Of a stretch of 64,000 bases of DNA, positions 59,019 through 64,000 are shown in pieces. Source of the DNA: the human T2T-CHM13v2.0 reference genome, Homo sapiens; assembly GCF_009914755.1 (NCBI RefSeq), contig NC_060926.1; one strand, written 5' to 3'. Position numbers and translations under genes: made by a program. Each line of letters opens with the position of its first letter. Positions within the stretch are counted from its first letter, which is position 1. The notes beneath the pieces were generated by a model, which saw only the letters and a program-made list of their open reading frames with translations, made no database searches and was not told the DNA's origin.

Positions 59019-59366
59019 TTTTTTTTTTAAGTTTTAGGGTACATGTGCATAACGTGCAGGTTAGTTACATATGTATACATGTGCCATGTTGGTGTGCTGC
59101 ACCCATTAACTTGTCATTTAACATTAGGTATATCTCCTAATGCTATCCCTCCCCCCTCCCCCCATCCCACAACAGGCCCGGGTGTGTGATGTTCCCCTTC
59201 CTGTGTCCATGTGTTCTCATTGTTCAATTCCCACCTATGTGTGAGAACATGCGGTGTTTGGTTTTTTCTCCTTGTGATAGTTTGCTGAGAATGATGGTTT
59301 CCAGCTTCATCCATGTCCCTACAAAGGACATGAACTCATCCTTTTTTATGGCTGCATAGTATTCCA
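59019..59366 (-). mobile_element. Young L1PA3/4-like 3' end with perfect 19-bp TSD
   Basis: L1PA 3' UTR; TSD tgattgcacctcaatttct at 59000-59018 and 59367-59385. Confidence 0.97.
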
Positions 59367-59474
59367 TGATTGCACCTCAATTTCTATTATCAATTTGGAA
59401 TGCATTTGGCTGGCCGTGGGGAACAGAAAACCCACTAAGCAGAACTGAGCACAAGCTCACAGGCATGTAGGTTT

Positions 59475-59650
59475 GTGTACTAACTCACTTAATCCTCACC
59501 ACAGCCCCAGGAGCATGTAGAATTATCACTGACGGCGAAAAGGAGGAACACAGAGGTTAAGAACCACATCCAAAGATACATGGCTATTAGATGGCAGATC
59601 TGGGATTCGAACCCAGCCTTTGGACTCCAGGGTCTGACCCTTCTTTACCT
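59475..59650 (-). mobile_element. MIR
   Basis: 'ctcacttaatcctcaccacagcccc...cagaggttaag...gggattcgaacccag'. Confidence 0.8.
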
Positions 59651-60390
59651 CCGATGTTCTGTTTACAGAAAAGGGAGGGACTTCCCATAATATCCAGAAA
59701 CAGATTCTTTATTATCTGGGTCTCTTCAATGGTTCTTGTACACTGGGAATTTGTGGGAAGCATCAGAAAACCAGAAGTCAGTGTGTTTGCATTTTTTTTT
59801 TAATTTAAAATGGGAGCCACTTGGGAGTTTTGCTAATGCAGCACTTTTTCCACCTTTCTGTCTGCAGCAAGGTTGAAAAGCCTTCTTCCTCACAGGAAAT
59901 AACCCGCAAATGAAATCACGAGACACAGTTGCTCTCCTTGGTGAGCTGTTGGAAGGGCGGACGATTCCTGGTCCATCCATTACCATGTAAATAATTAAAC
60001 ACCCAGAGCCCGCAGCCCAGGGTGGGCAGTCTGTGGCAGCAATTTGCTTTAAATATTGGTGAGCCTAAACTCGGTCAGTCATTAGCTCCTCCTAGTGGCT
60101 TTTTGGGCCTTCAATCAGGAGGCAGCTGAGGTGCTGCTGACTTTGAGGAACAAAATCCCTGATTGATGAGTAGCCTGAAGTTTCTTCCGAAGTGACAAGA
60201 CCGTTCGTCACCTCTCAAGCCACAGGACTTGATTCCTCAGGGAAAGCTGCCCCGGCTCTAAGTACAAAATCTGATTTGGTCAACAAACTACTTTTACACA
60301 ACCAGGGCAAAGCATGTTATCATCTATGCACGTGGCATTTATGATAACAATCAACACTGTGTGTGTAATTCTGTCCAAAAATAGAGTCCA

Positions 60391-60685
60391 GGCCAGGTGC
60401 GGTGGCTCACGCCTGTAATCCCACCACTTTGAGAGGCTGAGATGGGCGGATCACTTGAAGTCAGGAGTTGGAGACCAGCCTGGCCAACATGGTGAAACTC
60501 CGTCTCCACTAAAAATATAAAAATTACCCAGGTGTTGTGGTGCACGCCTGTAATCCATGCTACTTGGGAGGCTGAGGCAGGAGAATTGCTTGAACCCGGG
60601 AGTCAGAGTTTCAGTGAGCTGAGATGGCTCCACTGCACTTCAGCCTGTGCACCAAGGGTGAAACTCCGTCTCAAAAAAAATAAAT
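60391..60685 (+). mobile_element. Alu (AluSq/Sx-like)
   Basis: Full dimer; TSD aaaaatagagtcca at 60377-60390 and 60686-60699. Confidence 0.97.
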
Positions 60686-61194
60686 AAAAATAGAGTCCAA
60701 CCACAACTATTTTCTCTGTTAAAGATGAGTAGATACATGGATAACAAAAAAGACAATGCATTGAGAACTTAAATTTGGCTTTTAATTATGCTCTGCTCTT
60801 GCGTGTGAATAAAGTCACATCTGCCAAACTAAAGTCTAATGATTTCAAATAAAGCAACAAGGCCACACCTGAAGAGAAAAAGAAAACGTGGGGAAAAGGC
60901 CAAGAAGCTGTCCAGCTTCCCCATCCTGCCCTACTACTCAAGTGCTCCATGGAAACGACTTCAGCAGTGTTAATCAGCAGATCTCTTTCAGACTGATGCC
61001 ACGTGTCACCATTCCCCAGACCTTTGATGGATTAGGTGAAGTTCAGTGTTTCAGTCTCAAAGGATATCTTGACAATAAAACTAAATAGAAGGAGCTGAGA
61101 TGTCAACAGAGTCCCAAGTGTAGAGTAGGCATCATTCATAACTTAGAAGGACATTCGCTCTTGGACAAACCCAAATTAGAATAATCTACCTATA

Positions 61195-61278
61195 AGCTGG
61201 GTGCAGTGGCTCACACCTGTAATACCAGCATCTCCGGAAGCTGAGGTGGGAGGATCACTTGAGGCCAGGAGTCTGAGA
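61195..61278 (+). mobile_element. Tailless 3'-truncated Alu/FLAM (first ~84 nt) with TSD
   Basis: Alu 5' end up to 'ggagtctgaga'; flanked by agaataatctac(ct/tc)ata. Confidence 0.9.
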
Positions 61279-61679
61279 ATAATCTACTCATAGATAGATA
61301 ATCCAGAATAGTGACACAAAGGCAAATGCAAATCACATTGAGAAAAAAATTCAGGTATCTACATTGCAAGTATAATCAAATAGGAAAAGTTCCAGCTCTC
61401 AATTTTGCTGCTGTAACTATGATCCCATAGTTTGATACATGATCCATAATCTACTCAACACTGAGTAAATATACTATGAATTTTATTATTTATGCCAGTA
61501 GGCATTAAAATTCCATCTTTTTTTTACCCTGCCAGCATTGATTACAACACAAGGACACACACATACATACACACACTCTACTATGGAGCAGCTTTAGAGC
61601 TTTAAGAATAATTTGGGCTGCCTTGGAATACCAGAAGCCCTAGAAAACCAGCAACTACACTGGAAGATCTTGAATAACA

Positions 61680-61925
61680 CGGGTGGTTGTCTAGAAAAAG
61701 CTACAGGCTCTGAAGTCAGGAATAAATCTAGGTTAGTATCTTGACTCTACCCTTCAGCAATGTTTCCCCTTAAGCATATCTGATGACATCTGTAAGCTCT
61801 AGTCTAAAAGAGTGCCACTAATACCTAATTCACAAATCTGCCCATGAGAATGGAATGATCCCATATATAAACTGCTTAACAGTGACTGGCACAAAGCAAG
61901 CTCCTCAAAATACTTAGTTTCCTGC
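61680..61925 (+). mobile_element. MIR
   Basis: 'caggctctgaagtcagg...aacagtgactggcacaaagcaagctc'. Confidence 0.65.
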
Positions 61926-62231
61926 TATTTTCCTCTCCTTGACAAGTGCTTCTTCTGGTGAATCTCCAGGGGGTTAAGTGAGCACGGATACACTCCTGAG
62001 AATTTCAAAATCCTTGGGATTTTTTTTTTTCCTCCTGACAGTCAGTACTGTTGGCTGGTTTGGAACCTCCTAGTGAATTTTCTTTTTCTCAAATCTTGGA
62101 GTATTTTTGGAGTTTATAGATCAGTGTCCTCCCAAAATGGCTCAGCCTGACCTACCCCCAGCCTGTCTCCAACACTCAGACTGTGTTTTCTTGAAACGTG
62201 CAATGCTTTCCTGTTCCAACTACATGTTCCT

Positions 62232-62560
62232 ATTCAATCATCCATTCACTCAACAAGTATTTACCATATGCCAATCCTGTACTGGGATACAAGGTGACTA
62301 AGACAGGCTTGGTTCCACCTTCAAGGAGATCATGTTCTTGCAGAGGACACAGATGAAAAGTAAGAGGGCACATAAATGCTTTAATTATAACTGATACCGT
62401 GGCAAGTGCTGCGATGGGGGCTCTAGCAGAGAACAGAAGTTTAAGTATCGGGGCAGTGGTTACCACCTGACATAGGGCATCAAGGAACCCTCCTTGAGGA
62501 GGGATGAGTTAGGCAGAGGTGAGCTGCATAGGGAGTGAGAGACCTCAGGCAGGAGGAACC
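62232..62560 (-). mobile_element. L2 3' fragment
   Basis: 'attcaatcatccattcactcaacaagtattta...ccttcaaggagatca'. Confidence 0.75.
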
Positions 62561-62593
62561 CAGAGAGGTTGTTCAGGAGGACCTCTGAAATAA

Positions 62594-62941
<348 letters not shown>

Positions 62942-63099
62942 TGAACTCCTAGCTGAGGATTTAATTGCATATATAATCTTAGATCTCTGTGACTTCCACC
63001 TTATTTATTTATTTATCTATTCATTTTAAATTTTCTGTCTATATGTCAAGAGGTCTACTTAATAAACTAGATTCCTTTCCTTTTAACTGAAAAAAATTA

Positions 63100-64000
63100 G
63101 AGAGGAGTGCTGCCTGGAGCCCTGCCTCCTTGGCGTTGTGCTCTACTTTTTTATCTACACAGGATTTGTGTCAATTTGTTGGTCTTACAAATGCTCCTAT
63201 TGTGGGGAGGAAACCATGGGCTGAACACAAGGGCTGCCTGACTTCCCAGTTTCACTCCAGGAGGCCCACGTCACACCAGCTTCTTCTTGATGCTGTAGAC
63301 ACAGTCACAAGGTGTCCACATGTGTCTTCCTCACACCCATCCGCTGGGAAACAGGACTCTCCTTCCTGCTCTGCAGGGTGGAAAATAGGACCCCAGGCAG
63401 TCGCTCCCTTGGAGATGGGTCCCACACTCCATGAAGCTCAGCATGGGCATAAGAGCTGTCTGGCTGCGGTGGCTGCCTGTTTTCAGCAGGGGTCTTCAGC
63501 CAGCATTTTCTCCAGGAGGGTAGCACTGAGCTTTCTTCCAGCTGATGGCTCTGGAAGGCACCACAAGTTCTTTTTGGCGCATTTTCCACTTTCCTCCTCT
63601 CCTCCCACTCCCCTCTCTCTCTCCTCACCCCACACAGATCCTGTGCTGATTGACTGCCATCGCCAGGCTTCTGTACCAGGCAATCAATCAAAAGAGACCT
63701 TCCCACGCGGAACAGCCGCCGCCCCTCCACCAGACTGCTGCCTCTGACATTTCCTGCGTGCCTGGACTGAGCCTGTTTGGAAGGCTCCAGCCCCCTCCTA
63801 TCAGTCTGGGCACTCAGGGCTCTGGCAGCAGCTGCCGCTCTGAATGTTGACACCCTGCCACGTCAACACTGGCCGGGCCGATGTTCCTTCACACTCATCT
63901 GCTGAGCCCAAACTTCCCCTGCTGGCGGGCTCTCCCTGTTTGAATGGGCTCCCAGTCAGAAAGGGCTCCCTGAAGCCTTAGCTCCTTGAAGCTCGCCCCT
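63100..64000. promoter_or_regulatory. Unique GC-richer region; possible enhancer, promoter flank or exon
   Basis: Visibly higher GC and CpG (e.g. cccacgcggaacagccgccgcccc), GC-box-like and PBX-like motifs, no repeat recognised. Confidence 0.35.

Noticed and set aside
63130-63853. Overlapping antisense ORFs of 205 aa (+) and 182 aa (-)
   Set aside because: Non-ATG starts, no recognisable domain, and long ORFs are expected by chance in GC-richer DNA

Overview
Primate (human-like) nuclear DNA, AT-rich and CpG-poor, with intronic or intergenic character. I found no recognisable protein-coding gene, RNA gene or CRISPR array, and nearly all listed ORFs are translations of Alu, L1, LTR or microsatellite sequence. 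A large part of the window is transposable-element debris: about 15 Alus, L1PA/L1PB/L1M fragments, L2 and MIR relics, three THE1/MST (MaLR) proviruses with paired LTRs, several solo LTRs, a 5'-truncated Tigger1 with a decayed transposase, and MER5/MER63 DNA-transposon relics. Subfamily names come from remembered consensus sequences, not a database search. The most informative structure is a ~550-bp inverted local duplication (4293-4963 versus 12726-13270) dropped into an MLT1 LTR. Comparing its two copies exposes an Alu-insertion-associated deletion and the de novo birth of an (AT)23 microsatellite. Also notable are a tailless Alu with TSDs, a twin-primed L1, a tandem array of 30-bp palindromes, a dense TAATGA/TAATGARAT cluster, and candidate + strand small exons. 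I cannot support a new biological system here; the findings concern mutational mechanisms and candidate regulatory elements.
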